64,000 nucleotides of DNA from positions 12,107 to 76,106 of the forward strand of contig CAZIZP010000018.1 in NCBI GenBank assembly GCA_964543705.1, read 5' to 3'. Position 1 is the stretch's first letter. Every line of letters starts with the position of its first letter. The notes below the pieces were generated by a model. The model did not search any database. It was not told the origin of the DNA and was given only the letters and a program-made list of their open reading frames with translations. The stretch comes from an uncultured Chitinophagaceae bacterium (GTDB lineage Bacteria; Bacteroidota; Bacteroidia; Chitinophagales; CAIOSU01). The translations under genes and the position numbers were made by a program. Positions 1 to 9,931 of this stretch are shown here, piece by piece.

Positions 1-747
1 ACTTTCAATTGCTATTGTAGAACCATTAGGCGATATGATTTTTACATAAATTTCTTTTTGTCCTGTTTCAGCAATTTTATTTTCCGGTATATCGAAACAT
101 ACTTTTAATTTTTCAGTTTTCTTTGCCACATTGGTTTCAGTAATTTGATTGCCCGAACGATACCTGACACCTATACCTGTAATGTTGAAGGGCTTAAGTA
201 ACGATGCTAAAGCAACTTTAGCATCTAACATATTTTTGTCTTCCAGTAATATTTCGTTTTCAGAAATTTTATTGTTTACAGCTTCTGTTAAGGAGTCTTT
301 TTCATACTTAAGAAGTAACATTTCTTTATTAAGTTTAGCTAATTCTTCTATGTACTTATTGCTGTCCTCCCTCAAGGTATTTACAAGATTTCTGGCTTTT
401 AAAATTTCTATTGCTGATAGTTCGTTTTTATTAAGCAAAGCAGTTATGTAATCTTGTTTTTCAATAAGCAACTTTTCTTTTTCAATCAGTTTTTTATCAA
501 GCTCAGCATTTTTGCCTTTCATTAAATTCAGTTTTTCTTTGGCTTGTTCTATGTCGTATATAGCAAGTTTATACAAAGAATCTAATTCATTACGCTTACT
601 TTCAGTATGTTGTATTTTTCTTTGCGTTCTGAAATGATTAAAAGCAAAAAATCCATTCAACAATACCAGTAATACAATAATTATCACCAGTATATTTCGC
701 TTCTTATCTTGTCTTTTATCATCTTTTTCTAATTCCTGAGAAGCCAT
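1..747 (-). CDS. Hypothetical membrane-anchored coiled-coil protein (truncated by window edge)
   Basis: Manual translation from ATG at 747: MASQELEKDDKRQDKKRNILVIIIVLLVLLNGFFAF (single TM), then a long K/E/L-rich coiled coil; open to position 1. Not in the ORF track. Confidence 0.75.
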   Translation of the reverse strand, partial: MASQELEKDDKRQDKKRNILVIIIVLLVLLNGFFAFNHFRTQRKIQHTESKRNELDSLYKLAIYDIEQAKEKLNLMKGKNAELDKKLIEKEKLLIEKQDYITALLNKNELSAIEILKARNLVNTLREDSNKYIEELAKLNKEMLLLKYEKDSLTEAVNNKISENEILLEDKNMLDAKVALASLLKPFNITGIGVRYRSGNQITETNVAKKTEKLKVCFDIPENKIAETGQKEIYVKIISPNGSTIAIES

Positions 748-816
748 AAAGCTTTATTTTTGTTTAGCTTGAAAATTAAATATAGTTATCTTTTTAATAA
801 ATAATCATACTTTACT

Positions 817-1539
817 ATGCTTGAAAATGTTGTTCCTGAAAATGCTTTATTTATAGATATTGAAACTGCCCCCGTAGCAGCTACATTCGAAGATTTGAAT
901 GATGATTTTAAATCGTTATGGACAGATAAGTTCACAAGGCAATTAAAAGAGCATGAAACTATAGAGGAACAATTTTTTAATAATGCAGGCATTTATGCCG
1001 AATTCGGTAAAGTAATTTGCATTTCTGTTGGGTATATTCATAAAGAAGGCGTTCATAAAACTTTACGAATTCGTTCATTTGCCGGAGATAATGAAAATGA
1101 AGTTTTAAGAGATTTTGCGGAAGTTTTGAATAAATATTATTTCAATGCTGATAAATTTTATTTCTGTGGTCATAATATCAACGAGTTCGATATTCCTTAC
1201 TTGTGCAGGCGAATGTTAATTCACAATATTAAGTTGCCCAATATTTTAGATTTAAGCGGTAAAAAGCCCTGGGAAATAAAACATATAGATACCATGCAGC
1301 AATGGAAATTTGGCGACTATAAAAGCTATACTTCTTTAAAGCTATTGGCAGCACTTTTTAATATTCCTACTCCAAAAGACGATATAAGCGGCAAAGATGT
1401 GGGGGCAGTTTACTGGAAAGAAAAAAACCTGCAGCGTATTCAGATTTATTGCCAGAAAGATGTTTTAACAGTAGCGCAACTACTTATGAAATTTAAAGGT
1501 TTGCCACTGTTTACACCCGAGCAGGTTGTGTTTGTATAA
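817..1539 (+). CDS. PolB-like 3'-5' exonuclease family protein
   Basis: DEDD-type motifs: FIDIET, GHNINEFDIPYL, YCQKDV. Confidence 0.85.
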   Translation: MLENVVPENALFIDIETAPVAATFEDLNDDFKSLWTDKFTRQLKEHETIEEQFFNNAGIYAEFGKVICISVGYIHKEGVHKTLRIRSFAGDNENEVLRDFAEVLNKYYFNADKFYFCGHNINEFDIPYLCRRMLIHNIKLPNILDLSGKKPWEIKHIDTMQQWKFGDYKSYTSLKLLAALFNIPTPKDDISGKDVGAVYWKEKNLQRIQIYCQKDVLTVAQLLMKFKGLPLFTPEQVVFV

Positions 1540-1541
1540 AA

Positions 1542-3098
1542 CTACTTACTGGTATAAAACGCAAGTGGCACTATCATTTCTTCAAGAGATATGCCACCAT
1601 GCTGAAATGTATTTTTGAAAAAATTTACAAAGTGATTATAGTTGTTGGGATAAACCAGGTAAACATCTTCTTTTGCAAAAACATAGGTAGTGCTAACATT
1701 TGGTGCAGGTAAAAAAGCATCGGCAGGTCTCTTAATTTCAAAAACATCTCTTGGCTCGTAATTCAGATTTTTACCATTCTTATATCTGATGTTTGTTGTG
1801 GTTGTGCGGTCGGCAATAATTTTACTTGGGGTTTTTACTCTAATGGTACCATGGTCAGTTGTGAAAATTACATTCACCTTTTTATCGGCAATTTTTTTAA
1901 GGGCATTTAACAGAGGCGAATGGTCGAACCATGAAAGTGTAAGCGAACGATAAGCAGCCTCATCGCTAGCAAGTTCTTTTAACACTTCCATTTCTGTTCG
2001 GGCGTGAGAAAGCATATCAACGAAATTATACACAATTACTACCAAATCGTTTTTCATGTAATTCAGAATATTATCTTCTAACTGCTTGCCATCGTTGTGA
2101 TTAGTAATCTTTATGTATTCTGTTTTTATATCGCCATGAACAGTACGTTTAATATTATCTTTCAGAAAATCGGCTTCAAACATATTTTTACCGCCTTCAT
2201 CATCATCGTTGCGCCATTTGTCAGGATATTTCTTTTGGATTTCCAATGGCATCATGCCGGCAAAAATGGCGTTTCGTGCATATTGTGTAGCAGTAGGTAA
2301 AATACTGTAAAAGGTTTCTTCTTCCTGAAATCTGAAAAATTCATTTACTAATGGCTGAATTACTTTCCATTGGTCTAATCGTAAATTATCTATCACTACT
2401 AAAAATGTAGGCACATCTTTATTCAGCCTTGGAAATACTTTTTTTGCTAAAAGATTATGCGATAATACCGGTGTTTCATCATCGGGCTTCGATAGCCATT
2501 TAATGTAATTTTTCATTACAAACTTATTAAACTCGGTATTGGCTTCCTGCTTTTGCATTTGCAAAACATTTGCCATTTCGCCTGTGTCAGACTTGCCTAA
2601 ATCTAATTCCCAGCGCACCAGGGTTTTATATACTTCAGCCCATTCTTTGTGATTGCTGCTGTCTTGTATGGTGGCAAAAATTTTCTGAAATTCTTTTTGA
2701 TAATCGGAAGTAGTTTTGGCACTTACCAAACGTTTATTGTCAATTATTTTTTTTAGTGTTAACAGTATTTGATTGGGCTTAACGGGTTTAATCAGGTAAT
2801 CGGCTATTTGCGAACCAATAGCTTCTTCCATAATGTCTTCTGCCTCATTTTTGGTAATCATAACTATGGGCAGGTTGCCATCTATGGCTTTAATTTCCAT
2901 TAACGCCTGCAAACCTGATAGCCCCGGCATAGACTCGTCTAAAAAAACTACATCAAACTGATTTTCCTTACAGGCTTTTACGGCATCGGTGCCGTTGGTA
3001 ACCGGAAATACGGTATAGCCTTTTTCTTTTAAAAACAACATTTGCGGTTTCAGCAAATCTATCTCATCATCGGCCCACAATATATTAATCGAGTTCAT
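1542..3098 (-). CDS. porX: PorX response regulator (receiver domain + PglZ/alkaline-phosphatase-like domain)
   Basis: N-terminal receiver (ILWADDEID...FLDESMPG) and PglZ motifs (VIDNLRLDQW, LPTATQYARNAIF, TTDHGTI, FQHGGISLEEM). Confidence 0.92.
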   Translation of the reverse strand: MNSINILWADDEIDLLKPQMLFLKEKGYTVFPVTNGTDAVKACKENQFDVVFLDESMPGLSGLQALMEIKAIDGNLPIVMITKNEAEDIMEEAIGSQIADYLIKPVKPNQILLTLKKIIDNKRLVSAKTTSDYQKEFQKIFATIQDSSNHKEWAEVYKTLVRWELDLGKSDTGEMANVLQMQKQEANTEFNKFVMKNYIKWLSKPDDETPVLSHNLLAKKVFPRLNKDVPTFLVVIDNLRLDQWKVIQPLVNEFFRFQEEETFYSILPTATQYARNAIFAGMMPLEIQKKYPDKWRNDDDEGGKNMFEADFLKDNIKRTVHGDIKTEYIKITNHNDGKQLEDNILNYMKNDLVVIVYNFVDMLSHARTEMEVLKELASDEAAYRSLTLSWFDHSPLLNALKKIADKKVNVIFTTDHGTIRVKTPSKIIADRTTTTNIRYKNGKNLNYEPRDVFEIKRPADAFLPAPNVSTTYVFAKEDVYLVYPNNYNHFVNFFKNTFQHGGISLEEMIVPLAFYTSK

Positions 3099-3162
3099 GG
3101 ATATGCTTTAAATTTGAACAAAAATAGAATAATTTAATTTTCACTTTTTACACAACCACTCT

Positions 3163-4398
3163 TTGCAAAGTAAAAAACGAAAGATACTAAACGACCCTGT
3201 TTACGGTTTTATTTCAATTCCGGAAGGAATAATATTCAAACTTATTGAACATTCATATTTTCAAAGGCTTAGACGCATTGCACAACTCGGGCTTACCTAT
3301 TATGTGTATCCCGGGGCGATGCACAATCGTTTTCAGCATACATTAGGTGCTTTGCATTTAATGGGGCAAGCGATTGAAGTATTAAGGCTGAAAGGTATAA
3401 GCATAACCGATGAAGAAGCCGAAGCAGTATCTATAGGAATTTTAATGCACGATATGGGGCATGGCCCATACTCTCACACGCTTGAAACGGTTTTAATAAA
3501 AGGTATTAACCACGAGTTTCTTTCTAATCTTTTTATGCTTCAGCTAAATAAAGAGTTTGAGGGCAAGCTTTCGCTGGCTATAGAAATTTTTAACGACCGC
3601 TACCATAAAAAGTTTCTGCATCAACTTATTTCCAGCCAGTTAGATGTTGACAGGCTGGATTATCTGAAGCGCGATAGTTTTTATACCGGGGTTTATGAAG
3701 GGGTTATTGCTTCAGACCGATTACTGAATGTTTTAAATGTAAAAGATGACCAGCTGGTTATTGAAGAAAAAGGTATTTATTCAGTTGAAAAGTTTTTGAT
3801 TTCGCGCAGGCTAATGTATTGGCAGGTGTATTTGCACAAAACGGTGTTAAGTGCCGAATATTTGTTAATTAATATTCTGAAACGTGCCAAAGAACTTTCA
3901 TTGAAAGGTATAAAGTTGCCCGCCTCTAAAGCCTTACAGTATTTTCTTCAGCATACTTTAGATAAAAATACTTTTGAGCAAAACCCCGATGCGCTGCATC
4001 ATTTTGCTCAGCTCGATGATTACGATATGTTTTCAGCAGTAAAAATGTGGATACATGAAGAAGACAATGTGTTAAGCTCTTTGTGCAATATGCTGGTAAA
4101 CCGAAATCTTTATAAAATTGAAATCAGTAACACTGAATTTGAAAGTGATAAAGTAAACATGCTAAAAATTAAAACAGCCAACCATTTGAATATTTCTTTT
4201 GAAGAAGCTGGTTACTTTGCTTTTGCCGAAACAGCCTTTAACAGTGCTTATAATAGTAAAGACGATAACATCAATATTCTTTATAAAGATGATACCATAA
4301 AAGATATTGCAGTGGCTTCAGACCAAATGAATATTAATGTGCTTTCTAAGCCTGTAATAAAATATTTCTTGTGCTACCCTAAAAACATAATTGCTTAA
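3163..4398 (+). CDS. HD-domain phosphohydrolase (dNTP triphosphohydrolase-like)
   Basis: [51 protein letters not shown]; TTG start. Confidence 0.9.
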   Translation: MQSKKRKILNDPVYGFISIPEGIIFKLIEHSYFQRLRRIAQLGLTYYVYPGAMHNRFQHTLGALHLMGQAIEVLRLKGISITDEEAEAVSIGILMHDMGHGPYSHTLETVLIKGINHEFLSNLFMLQLNKEFEGKLSLAIEIFNDRYHKKFLHQLISSQLDVDRLDYLKRDSFYTGVYEGVIASDRLLNVLNVKDDQLVIEEKGIYSVEKFLISRRLMYWQVYLHKTVLSAEYLLINILKRAKELSLKGIKLPASKALQYFLQHTLDKNTFEQNPDALHHFAQLDDYDMFSAVKMWIHEEDNVLSSLCNMLVNRNLYKIEISNTEFESDKVNMLKIKTANHLNISFEEAGYFAFAETAFNSAYNSKDDNINILYKDDTIKDIAVASDQMNINVLSKPVIKYFLCYPKNIIA

Positions 4399-5423
4399 TG
4401 GAATTAACAGCAGCCAAAATTGCCAAACTGGTAAATGGTGCCATAGTAGGTAACCCCGATATTACTGTTACTCAACCGGCTAAAATAGAAGAGGCCACTT
4501 TTACATCGGTAAGTTTTATTGCCAACCCTAAATATGAACAATATGCTGCCACCACAAAAGCAGGGGTTTTAATTGTCAACGATTCGTTTCAGTTTACCGA
4601 TGATATTAATGCCACTTTAATTTTAGTGAAAGATGCCTATGCTGCCTTTACTAAAATTTTAGAAATGTTTGTTAAAGGCAGGTTTAGCAAAACAGGTATT
4701 GAAGAAAAGGCTTCTGTTGCTGCTTCGGCAAAAATTGGTAACGATGTTTATGTAGCCGGTTTTGCATATATTTCTGAAAGAGCAACCATTGGCAACAATG
4801 TAAAAATTATGCCTCATGTATTTATTGGCGAAGATGCTGTAATTGGCGATAACACTATTATCCATTCAGGTGTAAATATTTATCACGATTGTGTGGTGGG
4901 CAGCCATTGTATTTTGCATTCGGGCGTAGTTATTGGCAGCGATGGTTTTGGCTTTGCCCCGTTGGAAGATGGTTCTTACCAGAAAATTCCACAACTGGGC
5001 AATGTAGTTATTGAAGACCATGTAGAAATAGGAGCCAACACTACCATAGACCGTGCTACAATGGGCAGCACTATTATTCGCAAAGGGGTGAAGCTCGATA
5101 ATTTAATTACCATAGCCCATAATGTAGAAATAGGAAGCAACACTGTAATTGCCGCACAAACTGGCGTTTCAGGAAGCACCAAGCTGGGTAACAACTGCAT
5201 AGTGGCGGGGCAGGTAGGTTTTGTGGGGCATATTACGGTTGCCGATGGCTCGCGCTTTGGCGCACAAAGCGGCATAGGCAAATCTATTACCGAACCCAAC
5301 AAAGCCTGGTTCGATTCGCCTGCTTTTGAATACCATCGCAGCCTGAAATCGAGAGCTGTTTACCGAAACCTGCCCGAACTGGAAAAGCGTGTAAGAGCCT
5401 TAGAAAAAAAATCAGACGGCTGA
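4398..5423 (+). CDS. lpxD: UDP-3-O-(3-hydroxymyristoyl)glucosamine N-acyltransferase
   Basis: Hexapeptide repeats, [39 protein letters not shown]; start overlaps the HD gene stop. Confidence 0.96.
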   Translation: MELTAAKIAKLVNGAIVGNPDITVTQPAKIEEATFTSVSFIANPKYEQYAATTKAGVLIVNDSFQFTDDINATLILVKDAYAAFTKILEMFVKGRFSKTGIEEKASVAASAKIGNDVYVAGFAYISERATIGNNVKIMPHVFIGEDAVIGDNTIIHSGVNIYHDCVVGSHCILHSGVVIGSDGFGFAPLEDGSYQKIPQLGNVVIEDHVEIGANTTIDRATMGSTIIRKGVKLDNLITIAHNVEIGSNTVIAAQTGVSGSTKLGNNCIVAGQVGFVGHITVADGSRFGAQSGIGKSITEPNKAWFDSPAFEYHRSLKSRAVYRNLPELEKRVRALEKKSDG

Positions 5424-5511
5424 TTTATTTTTTTTAAAATGGCGGTTTTTACCTATAAAAACCATAAGCCATAAAGAATACTTATTCTGAAAAAACTTTT
5501 CGCTAAGCAAT

Positions 5512-5550
5512 AAAAAAAGGGTGGGAGCGTCTCGTGCTCCCAAACGCCCT
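5512..5550 (-). terminator. Intrinsic terminator downstream of the 6S-like RNA
   Basis: Minus strand AGGGCGTTTGGGAGC-ACGA-GACGCTCCCACCC followed by T7. Confidence 0.7.
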
Positions 5551-5582
5551 TTGCCTTCGATTCCCTCTTATGCCAATTATTT

Positions 5583-5697
5583 ATGTGAAGCCAGGGTTTA
5601 GGAAACATTTGCTTATGTCCGATGCGTCACAAATGAATCATCGAAGACCTTCAAACTTCACGGGTATGAAGTTGTTTTATGGCTTCATTTCAAGTGC
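5583..5697 (-). ncRNA. ssrS: 6S RNA, Flavobacteria/Bacteroidota type (6S-Flavo-like)
   Basis: Minus strand TGAAATGAAGCCATAAAAC...CCCGTGAAGTTTGAAGGTC...CATAAGCAAATGTTTCCTAAACCCTGGCTTCA: closing stem GAAGCCA/TGGCTTC and motifs I recall from the 6S-Flavo family; has its own TAAATTTG promoter and a terminator. Ends are approximate. Confidence 0.7.
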
Positions 5698-5698
5698 T

Positions 5699-5706
5699 CA
5701 AATTTA
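5699..5706 (-). promoter_or_regulatory. Bacteroidota sigma70 -7 element (TAnnTTTG) for the 6S-like RNA
   Basis: TAAATTTG on the minus strand immediately upstream of the RNA. Confidence 0.6.
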
Positions 5707-5843
5707 AAAACATACTGTAATATTTTTATATGCTGAAAGATAAATTTATTTAAAATTAGCTGTAAAAAAACTGCCATACTTTAGAATGAAATTACACCTA
5801 TAAAATAAAGTCATTTTGGCAGTTTTCAGGGTAGGTATTATTA

Positions 5844-5876
5844 AAGGAAGGCTTCTCTTCGAGAGAAGCCTTCCTT
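5844..5876. repeat. Perfect 15-bp inverted repeat (hairpin or bidirectional terminator)
   Basis: AAGGAAGGCTTCTCT-TCG-AGAGAAGCCTTCCTT. Confidence 0.7.
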
Positions 5877-6030
5877 AATAGATTGGGGGTAAGTTTGTGG
5901 TCGTAGTGTTATTGTTAAAGGCAGAAGAATCTAACGCGCTTTGCCAGGCTACATTCTTGCGCCACTTCGGAAACAACAGGTTTGCGCTAGATTGGGAATA
6001 TCAATATATTTATCAAATCGTTTTAATAAA

Positions 6031-6438
6031 ATGAAATTAATTATGCTTAGAACCTACATTATTTTATTATTTATTTCAACATTAAGAATATCAGATTCAA
6101 AAGCACAATCAACAGTTGATTCTTATTTTCTTGAAATGGAAAGGTTTTTTATAAAACATTCAGAATTAATTTCTGAAAGGTATATTTATTTGAATGGCTC
6201 AGAAAAAATTATTGATATTACAGGTAGTCAAATACCACTAAATGAAGTCAAAGTAACTTACAGATTATATAATAATAGTAAGCATTTAGTTGATTTCTCT
6301 TGTAAAGAAGAAGGTGTGTCTTGTATAAAAAGTGAAGAAGAAAAAACAAGCATAAGCATTGGAATACCCTTTGATACAAAAAAGAGTTGCTACGATTTTA
6401 TTAATATGATTTCGGAATTGAAGAAAAGGTTGAATTAA
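6031..6438 (+). CDS. Hypothetical exported protein
   Basis: ATG at 6031 gives a signal-peptide-like MKLIMLRTYIILLFISTLRISDSKAQ; very AT-rich; no recognisable family. Confidence 0.6.
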   Translation: MKLIMLRTYIILLFISTLRISDSKAQSTVDSYFLEMERFFIKHSELISERYIYLNGSEKIIDITGSQIPLNEVKVTYRLYNNSKHLVDFSCKEEGVSCIKSEEEKTSISIGIPFDTKKSCYDFINMISELKKRLN

Positions 6439-6456
6439 ATTAGATAGATAGGAAAA

Positions 6457-6611
6457 TTATTTTTTGGCAGCTTGCTTTCTTGTGGTTTCTAATTTTTTAT
6501 CCCCTTGGTATCTCTTACGTCCTCATTTCTGATAGTTCCATTAGGAAGTCCATTCTTTTTTTCAAAAGTAGAAACTTTCATATCTGCTCTAGTTTTTTTT
6601 GCTTTAGACAC
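6457..6611 (-). pseudogene. Frameshifted small basic protein (GLPNGTIRNED...DKKLET)
   Basis: GTG at 6611 reads VSKAKKTRADMKVSTFEKKNGLPNGTIRNEDVRDTKG then stops at 6489-6491; a shifted frame continues DKKLETTRKQAAKK* to 6457. The span is 155 nt, one base short of in-frame. Confidence 0.45.
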
Positions 6612-6879
6612 ATCTTTTAACTTTTTCGAACTCCAAATACATTCTTTCTTGTAGTTCTAACGGGATAGATATATTATTTGTGTCAATAACTAACTCAGAA
6701 TTTGTTTTTCCATTTACACCATTTTCATATTTAATTGCCCAAAAACGTGTAAATCCATTAAAGTCATCACTAACGACTGATTTAATATTATCGATTGGAT
6801 TATAGTTGTATTCCGAAAATAATATTTTAAATCTTGATTTTAATTGTTCTTTTAATTTTTTTTGCTCTTCTAAAAACAT
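6604..6879 (-). CDS. Hypothetical protein (91 aa)
   Basis: ORF track 6604..6921; the likely start is MFLEEQ at 6879, just downstream of the hairpin at 6893-6925. Confidence 0.55.
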   Translation of the reverse strand: MFLEEQKKLKEQLKSRFKILFSEYNYNPIDNIKSVVSDDFNGFTRFWAIKYENGVNGKTNSELVIDTNNISIPLELQERMYLEFEKVKRCV

Positions 6880-6892
6880 TGATTTATTATAT

Positions 6893-6925
6893 AGCGATGC
6901 CATCCCTCGGACGGATGGCATCGCT
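6893..6925 (-). terminator. Hairpin following the orphan dnaK-like tail
   Basis: AGCGATGCCATCC-CTCGGAC-GGATGGCATCGCT, a 13-bp perfect stem 15 nt after the tail's stop codon. Confidence 0.65.
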
Positions 6926-6939
6926 GTTTATTTTATTAA

Positions 6940-7044
6940 TTATTTAACCTCCTCATACTCTGCATCGGTAACATTATCGCCATTGCCACCTGCATTGCCA
7001 GCGTTTCCGGCATCGGCCTGTGCACCAACTTGCTCGCCAACACT
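6940..7044 (-). pseudogene. dnaK: Orphan 3' fragment resembling the DnaK C-terminal tail
   Basis: SVGEQVGAQADAGNAGNAGGNGDNVTDAEYEEVK* is preceded in frame by TAA (7045-7047) with no start codon; the ending matches the DxVxDAxYEEVK pattern of Bacteroidota DnaK. Confidence 0.65.
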
Positions 7045-7478
7045 TTAAACAGAATACCCTTGCTGGAAGCAGCTATATCACTTGCAGTATGAGGGCTGGT
7101 ATATTTGTTTTCAGGTAGAAAACCTGCTGTACCTAACAGCAACAACTAATAGTAGTAAGCTAATTTTTTTTGTCTTTCACGCAGGTATAGCCTTGGTTTT
7201 CCAACAGTTCGGAATTTGCAATTTCTTGTTATTTCGAGTGTTTTCATCAAGCAATGAGCGTAGCTGCGGACATTCTGTACGTTTAATGAAATGGCAAGAA
7301 TCCCGACTTACTTTAACCTACTCAAAATGGTAGTTTAGTTCATTCCTAAATTATTTTAGTTTATTACAAGTTTTATTTGGTTACATTCAATAATATCTTC
7401 CTTATAAAGAAACTATTGCAAGGGTCATTTTGTATTTTTAACTAACAATTGAATTTTTAGCCTCTATCAATCGCTATC

Positions 7479-9710
7479 ATGAATAAATTAATAATGCTTT
7501 TTTCGTCAATAGTTATGTTTTATTGCAATGCCCAGGCACAGTTTCTTTTCAACAGAATAAATACCGTTGAAGTTAAAGACACTAATGATGTATTGTATAA
7601 ATTTCCCTGGGTGGGAGGCCTAAATAACCCGCAGTTTTCTTCGGCCGATTTAAATAATGATGGCATAAAAGATTTGGTTGTGTTTAATAAAACCTATACG
7701 GTAAATAACGACCAGGTATTAACTTTTATTAATGGCTCTAATGGTTATGAATATGCTCCCGAATATCAGGCTGGCTTTCCTTATACCGAAATCGATTCTC
7801 CGAAAATTGAGTTTTTTATGCTGATGTATGATTACAACTGCGATGGTATAGAAGATGTTTTCTCATGTACGCCCGGCTACATTCAGGCTTATAAAGGCCG
7901 CTATGATGCCAACAATAAACTTACTTTCGATTACCAAACCTTTTTACAGTTTAATTCCTTTTCGGGCCTGCTGAATATTTTTGTTTCGTCTATTGATATT
8001 CCGGCCATAGTAGATGTAAATGGCGATGGAGATTTAGACGTGCTTACCTTTAATATTTTTGGTTTTGTTATTGAATACTACGAAAATCAGTCGGTAGAAC
8101 TTACCGGCACTTGTGGCGATTCTCTTGTATATGAACTTGTTGATGATTGCTGGGGCGACATTTTTGAAGATGGCTTGCGCAAAGCCGTTCAGTTTAAAGA
8201 TACCTGCGGAACTTTAACAGGCAAAGGGCAACCCCGCCATTCGGGTTCAACTGTTTTGTCGTTTGATGTTGATGCCGATGGAGATAAAGATGTGATGTTG
8301 GGAGATATTTCTTTTACCAACCTGAATATGGTAATTAATGGCGGTACTGCCGATTCGGCAAGAGGCGTTGCTCAGGATACTATTTTCCCATTCTACGACA
8401 CTTCTATTAATGTTCCTATTTTTCCGGTGGGCTTTTATATAGATGTAACCAACGATGGCAGAAATGATTTAATTGTTGCACCCAATACTCCAAAAAATTC
8501 TGAAAATTATTATTGTGCCTGGTTATACGAAAACTATAGTTCCACAGCCGAAGATTCTTTCAGACTTGTAAAAAAGAATTTTCTGGTAGAAGATATGATT
8601 GATGTAGGAGAGGGGGCGCATCCTGTTTTTGTAGATATTAATCAAGATGGTTTAATGGATTTTGTAGTGGGCAATTATGGCTATTATACTACAGGTGTAT
8701 TTTATAAATCGGGATTAGCCTATTTTCAGAATACAGGAACTGCTACCAACCCTTCCTTTAAACTAATCGACCGTGACTTATTCGGTCTTTCAACCCTAAA
8801 CTTTGTAGCCCTGGCACCTGCCTTTGGCGATTTAGATGGCGATGGCGATTTAGATATGATTTTAGGTGAAGAAAGTGGCGAATTACATTATTTTACCAAT
8901 ACTGCCGGTGCAGGTAATTTTATGAATTTCACCTTAACTACGCCCACTTATTTCAGAATAGATATTGGGCAATACAGCACCCCTGTGCTTTATGATGTAA
9001 ATGCTGATGGCTTGTTAGATTTAGTAGTGGGCGAGAGAAGTGGTAATCTGAATTATTTTGTTAACAAGGGTAGTAGTGGTGCAGCCACTTTCTCTCAAAA
9101 TCCTGATAACAGTTTCTTTGGTGAAGTAGATGTTCGCGAGCCGGGCTTAATTACAGGTTTTAGTGCCCCGGTATTTTCAACCTTAGATAGTACGGGTAAA
9201 GTGTATTTGCTTTCCGGCAGCGAATCGAAAGGTATATTGGTATATGACTTTGATGTAAGCAAAGCCGATTCAGGTGTCTTTACCAAATTGTTTGAACGCT
9301 ATTCAAACATAAGAGAAGGCGAAAGAACCAACCTTACCTTGGCTGATATTACCAATGATGGAAAACTGGAAATGCTTACCGGAAACTATAAAGGGGGTGT
9401 GGGTTTCTTTAGCCAAACCGATTCTATTGCCGAACCCCCGTCATCGGTAGCTAATACCGTTTTAAATTTTGTAGATATATATCCCAACCCAACCAGTCAT
9501 AATTTATTTGTAAGGTTTAAAGATATTCCTCAACAAAACTGGGGCATTAATATGTATAATATTTTAGGTAGCGAGGTGTTTACACAAAAAGCTATTGTTA
9601 CACCCGGAACTACTTTGGTAATTAATACTGAAACCTTTGAGAAAGGCATTTATTTCTTAGAGCTTAGCAGCAACAACTACAAAAAAACATACAAAGTCGT
9701 TTTGCAATAA
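7479..9710 (+). CDS. T9SS type A cargo protein with FG-GAP/VCBS-like repeats
   Basis: Signal peptide; repeated DxNxDGxxD motifs; C-terminal YPNPT...GIYFLEL sorting domain. Confidence 0.88.
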   Translation: MNKLIMLFSSIVMFYCNAQAQFLFNRINTVEVKDTNDVLYKFPWVGGLNNPQFSSADLNNDGIKDLVVFNKTYTVNNDQVLTFINGSNGYEYAPEYQAGFPYTEIDSPKIEFFMLMYDYNCDGIEDVFSCTPGYIQAYKGRYDANNKLTFDYQTFLQFNSFSGLLNIFVSSIDIPAIVDVNGDGDLDVLTFNIFGFVIEYYENQSVELTGTCGDSLVYELVDDCWGDIFEDGLRKAVQFKDTCGTLTGKGQPRHSGSTVLSFDVDADGDKDVMLGDISFTNLNMVINGGTADSARGVAQDTIFPFYDTSINVPIFPVGFYIDVTNDGRNDLIVAPNTPKNSENYYCAWLYENYSSTAEDSFRLVKKNFLVEDMIDVGEGAHPVFVDINQDGLMDFVVGNYGYYTTGVFYKSGLAYFQNTGTATNPSFKLIDRDLFGLSTLNFVALAPAFGDLDGDGDLDMILGEESGELHYFTNTAGAGNFMNFTLTTPTYFRIDIGQYSTPVLYDVNADGLLDLVVGERSGNLNYFVNKGSSGAATFSQNPDNSFFGEVDVREPGLITGFSAPVFSTLDSTGKVYLLSGSESKGILVYDFDVSKADSGVFTKLFERYSNIREGERTNLTLADITNDGKLEMLTGNYKGGVGFFSQTDSIAEPPSSVANTVLNFVDIYPNPTSHNLFVRFKDIPQQNWGINMYNILGSEVFTQKAIVTPGTTLVINTETFEKGIYFLELSSNNYKKTYKVVLQ

Positions 9711-9716
9711 TTAATG
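9639..9716 (+). repeat. 78-bp direct repeat, copy 1 (last ~72 nt of the T9SS gene plus flank)
   Basis: GAGAAAGGCATTTATTTCTTAG...AAAGTCGTTTTGCAATAATTAATG matches 10341-10418 with 5 mismatches. Confidence 0.9.
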
Positions 9717-9931
9717 TTAACAGACAAAAATTTTTTTTCAAGTTTTATACTGGAATTAGTTTTTTAAATAAACATTTAATTGTGCTTTTACTATTGGAAT
9801 ACTTTGGTCAATAAAACTTTATTCCCCACCAGCCAGTCTGTAGCTATACATTGAAACGTTCGCGATTAGTGCTATCTATCGAAAACGCTCATTTATTTAG
9901 TTTCAATTTTTTTGTAAACTGAAAATAGGAC

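Noticed and set aside
149-451. 100-aa plus-strand ORF
   Set aside because: Shadow of the minus-strand coiled-coil gene 1..747.
1542-4398. porX next to an HD phosphohydrolase as a novel nucleotide-signalling or BREX-like system
   Set aside because: PglZ here is the standard PorX domain, and porX/HD/lpxD linkage is common in Bacteroidota; no brx genes present.
5940-5995. SAM-II-like riboswitch (GCGC...GCGC..AATGTAGC on the minus strand)
   Set aside because: The complementary GCUGAUUU-type loop is missing and there is no methionine/SAM gene downstream.
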